A DNA stretch of 64,000 bases, from NCBI GenBank assembly GCA_004764695.1, contig SMSO01000034.1, forward strand, positions 2,046,001 through 2,110,000, read 5' to 3'. The stretch is from Schizochytrium sp. TIO01. Its lineage: Eukaryota > Protista > Bigyra: Labyrinthulomycetes. The notes under the pieces were generated by a model. The model saw only the letters and a list, made by a program, of their open reading frames with translations, searched no databases and was not told where the DNA came from. Both the position numbers and the translations under genes were made by a program. Shown here piece by piece: positions 1 to 16,032 of the stretch. Numbering within the stretch: the stretch's first letter is position 1; every line of letters begins with the position of its first letter.

Positions 1-256
1 ACAATAGATGCACGCACGCATACATGGACGTGAGTGATCTAGGTTGGCTTTCAGCATTTATCTTTGTTGTGTTGTCATTTTGCTCTTTGTCCGATGGATA
101 TATACTCACTCAAACAAACAACTCATCCATCCATCAAACAAACAAGCGATTGCATAAACTTGCTTGCCAAAACAATCCCGACCCACCCACCAAACAACAA
201 ACCAAGCATCATGTATAAACAAGTCCACGAGCTGCGCTGTTGCGTAGACAACTTAC

Positions 257-2927
<2,671 letters not shown>

Positions 2928-5566
2928 TGCAGCAAGTAACGATCTATACCTTAACCAGTGAGCGCGTGCGTGTGCCTTTTCAGCTAAGCTCGTGGCACAG
3001 TCCCAGTCGTTGCAGAAGGTTTCGAACCTGCTGGACGTAAAGCTGCAAGTCGATGACAGAGTTGTGCACTTACTGAGTTACTATGGTTTCCTCTAAGAAG
3101 GAGATGCTTTTTAGTGCTCCCGAAGTAAAAGGATATTTTACTATCTATTACGAACCTAACTTTGCCTACTCAGCTGCATGTGTGACCTCCTTTCTTTCTC
3201 GCTCTTTCAAGGCTATTCCTATTTCCTCAAGCCTACTCCTAGAATATGTTTTGCAGGGATGCTTGCTGCAGAGGTTCCACTACCACTCTCTCCTTATATC
3301 TTGCACCTAAGTCGTCAAAAAAGTAAGTAAGTGACTATCAAATTTAATGATACCTATAAATACATCATGCACCCTATCCTCAGCACATTCGATCATACCA
3401 CGCGGGTAACACCTCATCTCATTCGCACTGAGAAGTAAAGTCGCGTAGGGCCGGGTCAGTAGTATGATAGGGGACTGCATGCGAAGCCCCGGTGTTGAAT
3501 GTTTTCTTCCCTTTTATTTTTACCCTATCACTACAAGAAAGCAACTCCACGGTTCAATGACATCGTAGTGAGGTGAGTTAGTATCCATATCTCCTTATCA
3601 TTGGCTTTCATTGACTGAATTAATTTGCATTACGCAGGGCAAAGCTTACATTTGGGTCACCATTTGTATGAGTCAGGAGAGCAGGATCGACGAGAGTGAC
3701 AGCATTTTGAATGAGGCGGTCACGAACGCTTCACCATAGCCTTCGGCACTCTTCTGAGGCTTTATACTTCAGACGAAGCGCTCGTGCTGTACGTACGGGC
3801 TAGATTGGCATAGAACTAGGCCCCTAACCATCCAAAAAAACTCATCATTGAGAAAGATGGTAAAGTCCACTCGTCTCGTTATGACTGGCTTTCCAAGCAC
3901 TCAGCTCTGCCCGTCGTATCGCACAGCGAGTGGCGCCTAGTGGGGTTCGAGGGGAAGCTTAAAACGACATACCCACGCGATGGTTAGCTGTGAAGAAATA
4001 ACTCAGGAATTAGGTTCATGTATCATAGACCAATCGCTCATTTCGCCAATTATAACAGCCATAACTAACAGGGAAGTGAGCAACGATGTGCACAAAGATA
4101 AACATAAACGCGAGTCAAAAGCATCATCGTCCTGCATATGACGAATCTGAGCAGTAGTGTGGGTAGTTCGAAGTCTTTGGTTGGTGTGGTTCGTTCTCAA
4201 AAAGGTCAAGGAGGTCGCAACTCGTGTGCGAGAGAGAACCGAGCATCCCGACGACGCTTGGAAGCGTGGCAAGCCTCTACCCTGCACGTCCTGGCAGCTG
4301 CTTGTCTAATGGTCCTTCAGCTCCGCTTCCACACATTATCACCATTCCATAATTTTGCATTTGCCTTCGAAATTCCCATCTTGATAAGGTAAAATGAACC
4401 GCTACTCTTCAAGTAACTAACACCTTTCAAGCCCTTCATCGGGCAGCAGGAGTTGTACTTTGTGGAGACGATCTCCAGGCTGACAACTTCGTCCCAAACC
4501 TATGTCAGTCACGGCAAGAAAAGCGAGAGAGCAAACTGATACTGTACGTATTTCTGGGTCGCGATGCAAAAGTGGCAAGCTTTCTTGAAGCCCTCGCGCC
4601 TGCGCCTCAATGAGCTCAGTCAGTACGAGTCAGATACTGAATACATAAGAGGGTTAAAGTTTTCCTGAGAAGGCAGTCCAACTCTGGCAATGCGAGGCTT
4701 CGCGTAATAAACGTAGTCGCAGACGCACTGTTTGAGACAGCACACAGGTCATTTGCATGGCGAAGCCAGAACTATTGGTTTCTGCCTTTCTTCTCAAGAG
4801 TGTTTTTGTATCTTTACCTTTTTCTTGTCGGTTTGTTCCAATTCTTTCAGATCGCAAGTTTGCAAATCATCACTCCGGGGTCGGCGCAGACTTGGGTTCT
4901 TCTTCCGCTGCGAGCTGCCGCTCCGCCTGCAGGCAAACCCTTGCCGAGTCTCTCTAGGTGTAGTTGTTTGCTTTTCTCCTCCCTGGGTTGCCAGAGCAGG
5001 CTAGCAGGTCAACTTTTTTGGACCACAGCGTTTTGCAATTCACCAACAAACTACTTCCTTCATCGACCCTTCCTCTTCCTTCTCTGGTTCTTGAGGTTCT
5101 TCTCCTCCTTCTTCTCCACTTCTTCTTGTGAGCTCTGCCCCCGCTCGCAAACCGCCCCACTTCTTAAGCAGCGCCACTGGCAACCACGCTTCTGCGTTTC
5201 CGTTTGCTCGTCCAGACTTGTGGTGTCTCCGCGTCGGCGCTCAGGACAGCAACTGCAAGCACACAGGCCTTGACGAGCTGTGCGTAGGCTGCCGCGTCTT
5301 GTGCTGGGAAACAAACCTACTAACGCACACCGGCCGGCCGTCCGCTGGGCTTGAATATCTTTGGTTGCTGCCTCGGCCGGATCGCCAGAGTACTGCCATC
5401 GTCAACTCACGTCACCAACGTTCGCAAACTCAGCAGGACTGCTTGCTTGCTTGCTGGAGGGAGGGGACGAGACATTGAGGAGGATTGTTGACCTTTTCAG
5501 TGCAGATCAGGTCCTTGGACTAGCAGAGTTTGACCCGTTTGGGAAAGTAACTTGGTCAACCAGGCC

Positions 5567-8284
5567 ATGGCCACGAGCAACAGAATTCCGCTTCTATCAC
5601 AGGACGACTCGACCAGAGTCATGCCAAGCCTATCCCGCCGCACTGATGCGGACGACATGAATGACTTTTATGAGGGTGATAGCGACGACTCATGGCTAGA
5701 TGCCGAAGACTTTGAGGATACCGTGCAGGCGCCACAGTCCTGCTGCAACGATCTTTTGTCGTACATGCGTCGGCGAAGATTAGAAATGGCATGCTTTGTC
5801 ATTGGTATTCTTTGTATCCTTGCCGGGGCTCTCGTGCTTACCTACAATTTTCACCAGCCAGCTTATCTGTACCGCGAGCTCTTCTTTTTTGGCGCAGCTT
5901 GTATATCAGGAATTCTTTCCGACCTCTTCCTCATGGTCCTACAAATCATCCTCGAACATATGGTAGACAAAGCCGCAAAGAACAAACATAAAAACCTCTC
6001 ATACCAGTTTACTTGGTTGACATTTTATTTCTCCACGGCACGATCTGCGCTCGGGAAACTTATTTGGACAGTCCTTGTGCTAGTCGCTGTCGTGGTGGTG
6101 GTACCCCGGAACGCTGATGGAACAGTGACAGATGATTGGGCTGTCCTCTATTATCACTCTAATCGTATTTTGCGTATTATTGCTCTGTGGCTCATTTCAA
6201 GGATCATTTCTAAACTCTTACGCCAGTGGTTAGCTCAAGATTTTGGGCTTCGCTCATTTCGTCCACGTATTCGGGAGTCCTTCGCCCATGAAGATACCAT
6301 TCTCAAATTACGTGGTAGTGAAGAAAGCCCTATTTTCCGCCAACTCTACAATCACACACGTACAATGTCTAAGGATGGAGACGTCAATCTGCAGATCTGG
6401 CAAACACTGATGCAATATGTCATATCGCACCACGTCGATGGCCGCGAACCACGTACAGGAAAGCATTCTGTTCGTGTCTCGCCACAGCACTCTGCAGGCT
6501 TGGTGAAACGCGCACGCCCGATCGCTATTCAGATTTTTGCAAGAATTATTACCAAGGTTGATGAACTCAATTTTGGCCGCAACGGTCTTGCTATTGATGA
6601 TGATGCACGAAGCGTGAGCCCCAACTTCCTTACGGATGGTGCCAATATGCATGAGCCGGATACTGTGCTTGATTTTGAAGAGCACTCATCATCGGTAACG
6701 TTAACAAAGACCATGTCCCAGCCGATCAAGCCCGTGGCAAAGCCTGATCCTCCTGCTTTAGCTGGCCAGACCGCTCTTCCCCTAAGACCAATCCCTACTA
6801 TTCCACAATCTGCTGGTCCGACAGTCAACACGTCTTCTGCAGAACAGCCGCTACCTGCAACAAAGAAAAACCTGCAATTCTCATCTGCTTCTCAAAAGGA
6901 GGATGCGTCTGATAAACTAAAGTCATCAGCATCTCCAACTTCTGCGGAAAGTCGCCAAAGTGCGTTCCGTAAAAGCCGTCGCAAGTCTATGCTCAAGCGC
7001 CAGCGAGGCGTACATAATTTGCGTAAGGATCAAACAGCAATGAGCGATGTAGACTTTGCAGCCGACACGAAACGACTGTCTAACATGGTGAAAAGCTTTG
7101 CCAAATCCGACACGAGAAAGCCGTCACGCGGTCTTTTTCACTCGGATAAATCCTTGGGCTCCAAGAGGTCGTCAGTGTCCACTGCGACAGATGTATCCTC
7201 TCGTGTAATTCTTCAATCAGACTTTGTTGAAGCCTTTTCACGTTCAAATCCGTCTGTACAATGGGATAAACTCTGGAAGCGTCACCTCGACCCTCGGTCG
7301 ACCGGCTTTATCACTTGGCAACGCTTCCGCAAACGCTTCTTAGGCATGTATGAGTTCCGTTACAATCTTGCGCTGACTATCCTTGACTCCAACGCTGTTG
7401 TGAACAGCATGGACGTGCTCATCATGTCATTCATGATGGTCATCGTTGCGGGAATTGGCATGTCTATGTATTCCAAAAACTGGATGTCTCTCTTTACCAG
7501 TTTTGGCACTGTCATCGTCGGGTATTCCTTTATTTTTGGTAGCTCTGTGCAAGAATGCTTTGACAATGTCATCTTTCTCTTTAGTATGCATCCCTATGAT
7601 GTGGGAGACATTGTCATGATTGATGATCGCCGTTTGCAGGTCGCACGAATTCGGCTCATGACCACAGATTTTGTCAGAAATGATGGCGCTTTCTTTCGTA
7701 AGTCCAACAAGAATGTACGCGCATCCAATCTCATCAACCTTTCAACTTCTAAAAATCACTGCCAAGACTTTTCTACACTTGTTCCCGCACTCGACGTTAC
7801 GCATGATTTTATGCAGGAGTTGCAAAAGGATATTGATAACTTTGTGGCGCAACATCCAGACATGTTTGAATCTGTCACCCTGTACCTTTCAGATTTGGTT
7901 CACCCGCTTACCACCACAGGTCGTCTGGGAGCCAATGGTTCCCACCCTACGCATATGGGAGTACACTTTTGGGTTGCTTTTGCTTTTACGCTAGAGGAAA
8001 TCATGCGTGTACTTTCTGCGCGAAACGCTTTCCTTATTTTTCTGGGCGACACACTCCATAGACTTGGCGTACTTAAACCTGTCATTGTACCTGGTGACAT
8101 AAGTGAAGGTGATGACGAAGAGGAGGACGAAGAAGATGAGGACGAAGAAGATGTCGACGATGTACATACGGATAGTGGGCATCGCAGCCATGAACACCAT
8201 GCACATCGTCGTCACTCATTTACTCATAAGCTGCTTGCTGGTTTTACTCGAACCACAGAGGATGCTGAGCAGCATCTCCACTAG
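5567..8284 (+). CDS. MscS-like mechanosensitive channel with EF-hand-like loop
   Basis: Long intronless ORF, first ATG at 5567. N-terminal TM helices, MscS core 'SFIFGSSVQECFDNVIFLFSMHPYDVGDIVMID' and an EF-hand-like 'DPRSTGFITWQRF' before the channel domain. Confidence 0.9.
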   Translation: MATSNRIPLLSQDDSTRVMPSLSRRTDADDMNDFYEGDSDDSWLDAEDFEDTVQAPQSCCNDLLSYMRRRRLEMACFVIGILCILAGALVLTYNFHQPAYLYRELFFFGAACISGILSDLFLMVLQIILEHMVDKAAKNKHKNLSYQFTWLTFYFSTARSALGKLIWTVLVLVAVVVVVPRNADGTVTDDWAVLYYHSNRILRIIALWLISRIISKLLRQWLAQDFGLRSFRPRIRESFAHEDTILKLRGSEESPIFRQLYNHTRTMSKDGDVNLQIWQTLMQYVISHHVDGREPRTGKHSVRVSPQHSAGLVKRARPIAIQIFARIITKVDELNFGRNGLAIDDDARSVSPNFLTDGANMHEPDTVLDFEEHSSSVTLTKTMSQPIKPVAKPDPPALAGQTALPLRPIPTIPQSAGPTVNTSSAEQPLPATKKNLQFSSASQKEDASDKLKSSASPTSAESRQSAFRKSRRKSMLKRQRGVHNLRKDQTAMSDVDFAADTKRLSNMVKSFAKSDTRKPSRGLFHSDKSLGSKRSSVSTATDVSSRVILQSDFVEAFSRSNPSVQWDKLWKRHLDPRSTGFITWQRFRKRFLGMYEFRYNLALTILDSNAVVNSMDVLIMSFMMVIVAGIGMSMYSKNWMSLFTSFGTVIVGYSFIFGSSVQECFDNVIFLFSMHPYDVGDIVMIDDRRLQVARIRLMTTDFVRNDGAFFRKSNKNVRASNLINLSTSKNHCQDFSTLVPALDVTHDFMQELQKDIDNFVAQHPDMFESVTLYLSDLVHPLTTTGRLGANGSHPTHMGVHFWVAFAFTLEEIMRVLSARNAFLIFLGDTLHRLGVLKPVIVPGDISEGDDEEEDEEDEDEEDVDDVHTDSGHRSHEHHAHRRHSFTHKLLAGFTRTTEDAEQHLH

Positions 8285-8952
8285 CATTTGAAATAGTTTA
8301 GATTCTTTTGTGCATTTTAGCATTTGATAACGCAGGACTAAGAGTTTCTCTTACTATATGCATATGTCTTGGATGTTTCATAACAATTTAACAAAAACCA
8401 CAACATCCATGGCTCATGAGGGAGCGAATTGCACATATACTTCTTATAAACAAAGATAAAAATCGGTATCATTTTTGCTTAAGCAAAATGAAAAGGATAG
8501 GTTAATCAACTGTCTAACTTTCTAGCTTGAATTTGCACATCTTAGACTCTCATCTCCTTGTTCAGATGCAATCATGAATTTCTTGTATACATATTTGAAA
8601 ACTGAGAGTTGAAGCTGACGTTAGCCCGAAAAATGACTCTGTAGTCGTAGGGTTATGTTAATACGTCAAAACCAACAAAAGTGAGGGGTTTTTCATCAAT
8701 ACTCCTGAACGAAATGAATCTCCAGGTACGCAAGACCTAGGGTGGTGCATAGCTATCATTGTTAAATACAAAATAAATAAGTCAAGCATGGGCTAATGGT
8801 CTTGATAGCAAAAGAAAAGAAAAGAAAAAGAATCTTCTTACAGGGTACATTTTAAAAGTAATATATATATATCGATGTTGTAAAAACAATTTTGATTGTC
8901 GCTTCCACTTCTAGTAGCAGGATCGTTTTTACCCATGACCTTGTTGAGTCAT

Positions 8953-11900
8953 TTAGGCGTTATTTAAAGGAGAGAGCCAATCGCGCCATGAATCATTAAT
9001 TGTATGTTCATGTACAATTCTACGAAAAGAGGCGAAAAAACCTGGAGGAGGGGGAATATTACCATAAGCATAGCGCTCCTTTGCGTCAATTGCGTCTTCC
9101 TCCTCTTCACCATCATCATCATCATCATCATCACCACCACCAATATCGGCGTTTTGAGTATGATTTGATACACTAGCCACCACCGCCATGTCTTCGTCGT
9201 GTTGGCGGGCTTCAATTTGCTGCCGTGTAATCTCCGTGTGAGTGCCTCCAGGTTCGTATTTTGGTCCGGAGCAATCCTCGCACGCCAACATTACCATGTG
9301 CTCCAGCGGGGAAAAGTACTTATTGTGAAGATTATGCCCTGCACAAAAGGGGCGCTGGTACATATTTCCTAGATCTTTGAGATTCAGGCCGTTGCTAGAC
9401 CCAATTTGCAGGGCCAAAGTGCAAATTTGGTTGGTAGCAATGCAGCTTTCAGGAAGACCGAGGTCTTGGAGGGCTTTCACATCTCTGTCGAGATCGATCG
9501 AAGCAATGACCGCACGTGTTTCCTCATCGAAAGGTTCATCTGCCTGTGCCCAGTATTGCCAATCAAAATAAGCCTCTGCAAGAAAATGCCAGTCGGGAAG
9601 TGACAGAGCATGGTCGATTGGGATCAAGTGCACATCTCCGGAGGAAGTTGATGATGTGGACAAGAGATTATTCTGTGATACGCAATTCATGGCACATAAA
9701 ATATTGCCACCGTGGCGATCAGTATTGAAGATTCGCAAATCAAGAATGCCAATTTTATGAACTTCGCGCGCACTCGCCATGCGCACAAGGTCTGGGCGAT
9801 CTTCAGCACTGCCTTCATTCTCTACATAGCGCTGCAGGGCACCTCGCTTGGTACTGAACTGTTTACTTGCTGTAGTGCTTGTTGAGCCCTCACTGCTACT
9901 AGCATCGGTTCCGACTCCATGGCCTCCCTGCAGAGAGCCTCCATTGGTTACTAAACCGTTGGCTTGTACATTTTGCTGCTCTGAGAGTGGGAGTTTACTT
10001 CGGACCAACGCCGTCTCTGGAACAGAACTGAAGCGTTTAAGATTTGTGTCTAAGAGGTAGGCCGCGCGTTCGCGTTTAGAACCCCCGCCGACTACAAGCC
10101 CGCTTCGTTCAGGATTGGGCTGGCCAAACGACGAGGCGAACTTGGCACCAGTCTCTTCGTCTTCAGGTTTAAATACAGCCACTTTTGAAGCATTTTTAAC
10201 GCGACACAGCGTTCGCTTCGAACCAGTGCGCGATGAAGATCTGCGCAGGGATGGTCTTCTGGACAGGCCACTGGAACTCGAAAATGGCGATCTCGCAGAC
10301 GTCACTTCCTGGGCAGTATTGGAGAGCACATTTGTCGAGGCTACGACAGGTTGCGTACCAAGGTCCTCATCCGAAAAAGATGATCTTCTCGATGTGGTTG
10401 TTATTGTTGTTGCAGCGGCAGAGGCAGCAGCAGCCAGCCGCAGCCGCAGCGTTGTTGGCATCAACTTCACGTAACAGTTGTGCAAGTGCAGTACGACCCG
10501 TCTCCACGGCGGGAGGCCTCCACTTCTCATTGTTGCTGCTACTACCACCGTTGTAGTTCTCGTCACCATTGCTGTATCTGCTGGTTCTGCTTGATAGACT
10601 CGAGAGACTATTACTACTGTGGCTCCCTTTCATACGGTACAGAGCATCTGAGCTATTTTGCCGACGGGCTGCGATCGCTTTGGCTGAAAAGTTCAAGAGA
10701 CGCCGTGGTTGCGAAGTTTGTTCGACTCGCGAAGAAGACAATGACGAAGAAGACGAAGATGCCCTAAGGGATGGCGCATTTGATGTTGTCTCTGTAGATC
10801 CTGTATGATACGGTGACGTATGAGGTGACTGAAAGCCATCTTTCTCCGAATCTATACTTTGACGGCTGTCTTGTGATGTGGTAAAAGAAGATCCTAGTTC
10901 GGCATCCGAGCCTTCTTCTAAAGCAGGCGGCAGCATTCCCGAAAAAGTACGTCGCCGATGAAGAGGAACTGCTGGTTCTCCTGTTTCCGTTGGCGAATTA
11001 GTGGATGTCAAGAGATATCTGCTCAAATCATTGAGAGTATTTGTGCGAAGATCTTTTGAGGACGTCATTGATCGAGCACGATGCCGTCCTGAACCCTGCC
11101 CACTTGTGCTGGGGTGACTGGCACCAAAGGCTGCCTGGCGGCGAAGAGCAAGCCCACCTTCACCACCTCCCGTCATGCTTGATCCAGAACCGCTATTGAC
11201 ATAGGGCGAACCACGTGATGCAATTGTTGAGGCCGCATAGTAGGATCCATCCTCGGGATGGGCCATACTTGCTCTTGTCTGGTGGCGTCGTAGTTGGTAT
11301 ACATTACCCGTGCTATGCACATCCATTGGTGTGAGTGCTGACGGGGACTCCGAGAGCGCCTCGTACGCTTCTGAAAGCATGAGCATCGAAGGCGTAGCTG
11401 TTAGGCGGCCTAGAGGCGGAGCGCGTGAATCCCCGGTGTTTGGGGATGAGGCAGAGTATGGCTCCGCAGACACAGGGGACCCAATCAGCTCACGAAACAG
11501 GAAGCGCCCTTTGTCAGCCATGAGATCCATGTAGACACTACCACGGCGTTTACGTGTGGTGCCAGCACTCGTGCTCGCTGGTGGGTGTGTTGCAATGGTC
11601 TGCTGTGCCTGAGCAAAGCCAGTGTCATCGTTAACATCGTGTTCGATGCTTCCTTCTAAACTAACTTCATCCTCAGAATCGCCCTCTAGCAACCCGTGTT
11701 GGATGGATGGCGTTGTGGAGGTCTCTTCGAGTGCAAGTTCATCCGCTACATCCACGCTCAAAGGCATTGATAGTTCACTCAAGGGCGTCTGCGCGCGCGT
11801 CAAAGGGTCCGCATCGCCATCGTTCTTCCTGGCGTGTGCGGCATAATTAATGTCTACAAGATTGTCGTCGCGAATAGGCTCCACTGAGGTCCATGCCGCA

Positions 11901-12313
11901 CGTAGTGATGTTGGGTCTTGTGCTCCAATAAAGACTTGGGCGTGCTCCGGCGTAGGTGGGAGGACGCCACTACCTAGGCCCGCAGCCTTCAATTTGGCCT
12001 TTGATGTAGACCTCCGTAAGCCACTTTTCAAGCTAGCAGGTGCTATAGGTGACGTTGCTAAGGGCGAGGACAACGAGACCAAGCCAGGGCTTGCTGCCAA
12101 TCTACTGTCACTGTCTGCACGCATAAGCACTGCCGCCTCGCGCTGCTCAGAATCCCTGGGCCGCTGCTCCTGCTGTTTAGACATCTTTTTGGCCAGGAGA
12201 GCGTCTGCAGCACGACGCGCAAGCCCTGCCACGTCGTCCAAGCTCGCCCCACCAATAGCGCTGGGACTCCCTGCCTCGCTACTTGGGCTCACAGTCGCAG
12301 CTGCTGCGGACAT
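8953..12313 (-). CDS. Type II phosphatidylinositol 4-kinase (PI4K-gamma-like) with long disordered N-terminus; 1-nt frameshift near 10435
   Basis: ORF 10569-8953 has VAVFKPEDEE, ERAAYLLD, VPET, HKIGILDLRIFNTDRHGGNIL and LIPIDHALSLP. ORF 12313-10367 overlaps it in another frame. Removing one G in a poly-Ala GCT/GCG run joins the two into ~1119 aa. Confidence 0.82.
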
Positions 12314-13063
12314 GGGCGCTCTTCAGCTCGTACAACTATTTGGCACTGATGGACAGGGGTGCCTTTGCGCAGATACTACTATGCGCTGAGTCCAGCCAGG
12401 CAGCGGCGTCCGCGACGGCCTTCACCTCGTTCTTTTATCCGATGAATTGACGGGTTAAGTTAACCAGTGACTTGAATCAATCCGCCAATCCTTCGCAATT
12501 TTTAGATTCTTTGATTGCTGACTGTGTTTCTCTCCCGCAATCTATCCTCTTACCTCTTTACGTACCGCGCACGGAGGACGAGCGCAGTTGATGATTTGAG
12601 AAGCACGTGGTCTTCTCCCTTCTAGTCTCTAGCCAATTCCGCTAGTCCCACGTAGGTACAATCAACACTTCTAAGGCTTTGCCTGCCTAGTAGTTGGCTA
12701 GTTGCAGTAGGAGTTGTGCGCCGAGGGATTGATTCTATACAATTCGAGTGAGAGCTTTAAAAGAAGATGAACATGAACAAAGAGAATGAGAGAACGGCGA
12801 TGGCAACCTCAAAGCAAGGCCTGAAGAAGGGAAGCGCCGAACTGGTTCTGGCAGAGCGCAAGAAGGGGTGGTGATTGAGGAACTCGCTCGCCTGCTTGTG
12901 TAGATGGAGGCTAGCTGGCTGGCTGGCTGGCTAGCTGGCTGGCTAGTTGGCTGCGTACGTTCCTGTGTTTAGGTACTCTGTTTTCGTTTGCACACAGGAA
13001 TGGATCTCACCAACTTGAACTTGGAGATGGATATGGATACTGAGTACCAGGATAGATACGAGT

Positions 13064-13065
<2 letters not shown>

Positions 13066-13096
<31 letters not shown>
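13066..13096. repeat. (TC)n microsatellite
   Basis: Direct dinucleotide run. Confidence 0.9.
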
Positions 13097-13098
<2 letters not shown>

Positions 13099-16032
13099 AC
13101 GATCTAGTTGGAGGAAAAGGTGCAGCTTGTGTTGAGTGCCAAAAAAAAGAAAGCTCGGCTTGAAGGATTGGCAAGTGATAGACGCTGTTTGAGTTCCTGA
13201 GAGTAAATGTGCGCAGTACTACAAGAAAGTCGTGTCAAGTTTGATACAGTCTTCTTTTCCCTTTTCAAGCTATGGCCATGCGCTTCGTTTGACGGGGCTC
13301 TGTCCCTCGTTCTCTTTACTTTGGAAAGCTTTAGTGACACAGAGGCTTTGGCAGTGAACACGAAAGAATGTGAAAAGGGGAGGTGAGTATTGAGTAAGCG
13401 AGAGTTTTTGACTTTGAAAAGGCGCGAGTCACACCACCGATGTGAAGCGCCGAAGCTCGATGGTTGAATGGCGTAGTAGTAGTAGTAGTAATGGGATGCG
13501 CAGGTGCGGAAAGCTAGAGAAGGAAGACTCAATCGAGTTAATGACGGTGGGCAGCAATAATTCGGAAAAGAGGAACTTTAGCCAAATCTCAAGTCTCGAA
13601 TCCCAAATTTGAGGTTGAAAGGTCGAAAAGAAAACTAATAAAATGCTACTCTGTGTGACCTGATCAAAAGCGAAAGCACCTCACTTAAAACGCCCGGTTT
13701 TATCTCTATTGCTATGCAATCTGAGCCGCCTATCAGCAGCAGCACCAGAGACTCAAAGTCTGGCGTTGCGCCTGAGGCAGTGCCGCACTAACCCTAGTTA
13801 TCGAAAACTCTAGGTGTCACCAAATATTACTCAAAGGACTTCCGATGTTGGGGTTCCGCCGTGAAGCAATGCGACACCAAGTCCCAGGAATCAATCGACC
13901 CTTCGACGCCGCTTTTCTCAGTTGAAGTTGTTGCCCTTTTTGTCCTATTTCCTGATAAAAGTCCCTGCTTCGTCGCAAGAATCGGAATAGACTATAGAGA
14001 CAGATTCACTCTATATCCAGCACAAAAATATCAACAATGGCGCGGCAAAAACTTCAGATTCTCCTCGCCCCTGTTCCTGTCTCGCCGACTCCACCTGCTC
14101 GAGGCACAGCAGCCCTTGCGCAATATTGCCTTGGTGCTGCACAGCTTTCAGTTCTATTCAAGGCTGGCTGCCCAGCTACCTCTATGTATGTAGCTAGCAA
14201 CAATAAGAACAAGAACAAGAACAGTGAGCGGGCCAGCTCGATCGATCTTCGAGCGAGTGAGCTTAGCCAGACCGCACGCAAGGTCCAAAGGCCGTCCTGG
14301 CAGACCTCTCTGACGGCCCCTCCGTCTGCTTCCTCGACTTGGTCGGCGACGTTCGTGTGTTGCTTCTGGACACCGTTCTCGCCACGGTTACGCCTGAGCT
14401 GCACTTTCCGAGAGGGCCTGATTTGCAGAGTTCGCGTTTGCCACGAAGACACGGGGAAAGCTCAATATCCTCCTCGAAGCGAGTCCCAGCCTTCCTCGTG
14501 AAGGCCAACTTGCTTGCCGCGCGGCGCTCCGTCCGGGCGGGCGCCTGTGCCCTTCCTCGCGAACCCAAACGACGAGTTGCGGAATTAGAAGATTTGAAAG
14601 TCTGAAGACTGTACACTTGGCAGGAGTACTAGCGATTCGTATACTACTTCTACGCATACTTATAAAGCGAGTGTTTCAAGGACTCGAAAAGGAAATCTTT
14701 GAGTCCTTCGAATCGAAATTCTGGAAAACCGAGGACCAACACGAAGCAGAAAAGCTACGAGCAATGCGGCTGCGAAGGCCGGGCAAACCTCAGCTTGTGC
14801 GACGCTCATAGCAGGTGTATGGTGACCGTCCTGAAGTGGAGCTGGCCATCTGTGGCGACATCTTTTCAAGCAATGAATCATCGCCATCGTCGCCGTTAAG
14901 GTCGTCGTCTATGGAGGAAAACACAACCAGCAACGGATTCATTCATTTCGCCCTTCGCTCTTTATTTTATTATATTTAGTTATATAATTAGTTATATATT
15001 TAGTGTGTCTGTGAAAGGACAGGATTCTGGCCTGCCGTGGCTCTCGTTGAGATACTCATCGTAGACGTGCTGGCCGGCGATGCTCATTTGTAAACTGGCG
15101 GGTCGGTCTCGATGCAGAAGTACCAAGACCGCCGTATCAATGATGCAGACAATTCTTAGAGAAAGGCAGAAGAAATCTTGCGAAGATTGGAAAAGGATTT
15201 TAGTATTTTTATTTTTATTTTTAATCAAAAATTATTGAAAAGAAGTTGATTTTAAATTGTTTTATTTATCCAAGTATATCAATTACTATTACTACTATAC
15301 AATTTAGTGTGTATTTTATTTAAAAAATTAAAAAGGAGGTCGAAAAGAACTAGTCAGGGAAGATAAATAGAAAGCTGAGAAGGAGAAAGAGAAAATGTAA
15401 AATCTCAGTTTTGCTATCCCTTTGTAAGTAAGTTCTTTTACGTAGAGGTGTATGAGCTACATGGATTCAACTTTCATGTTGAAGTTTCAAGTTGTTCAAG
15501 TGTTGAAATTAAAAAAATAGTTCACCTGTTTCTGTTGAAAATGCAAAATTGTGTTTCGTGAATCTGTCGAGATGGCGGGCATAAACTATTGAGCGCTCTG
15601 AGCGAGCAGATTCTTAGACGATAACTGTAAAAAAAAATACACACCAGTTTGTGAAGTCTGAAATGTCCGAGCTAAATTAAGTGATTAGCACAGCGCCCGG
15701 AAGTTGCAATTATTATTTGCTGTGCTTGTCGATACAGACCTCATCTTTACAAATATCAAAAACCAACAATAACAGACTCATTCGTTGACGTCTCATAAAT
15801 TGTACAACAGTCATTCCCAAGGAATAGGTACCTAGGCGCAGCAGCTGCAGCGGAATAACATTACTTATGGGCGAACTCACATCAGGAGGTCCTCGTATTT
15901 AATTCAACAAAAGGGTTGTGCAAGTATACCGGATTTCCGACATTGGATGGAGGATTTCCGATAAAGTCATGGTTAAGTTCAAAGACATCCCAACTTGGAG
16001 AAGTCATCGCGGCGGCCAAGATCGATTCTAGG

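Noticed and set aside
13861-14899. Cluster of overlapping short ORFs on both strands
   Set aside because: No recognisable motif or consistent frame; expected in GC-rich intergenic DNA.
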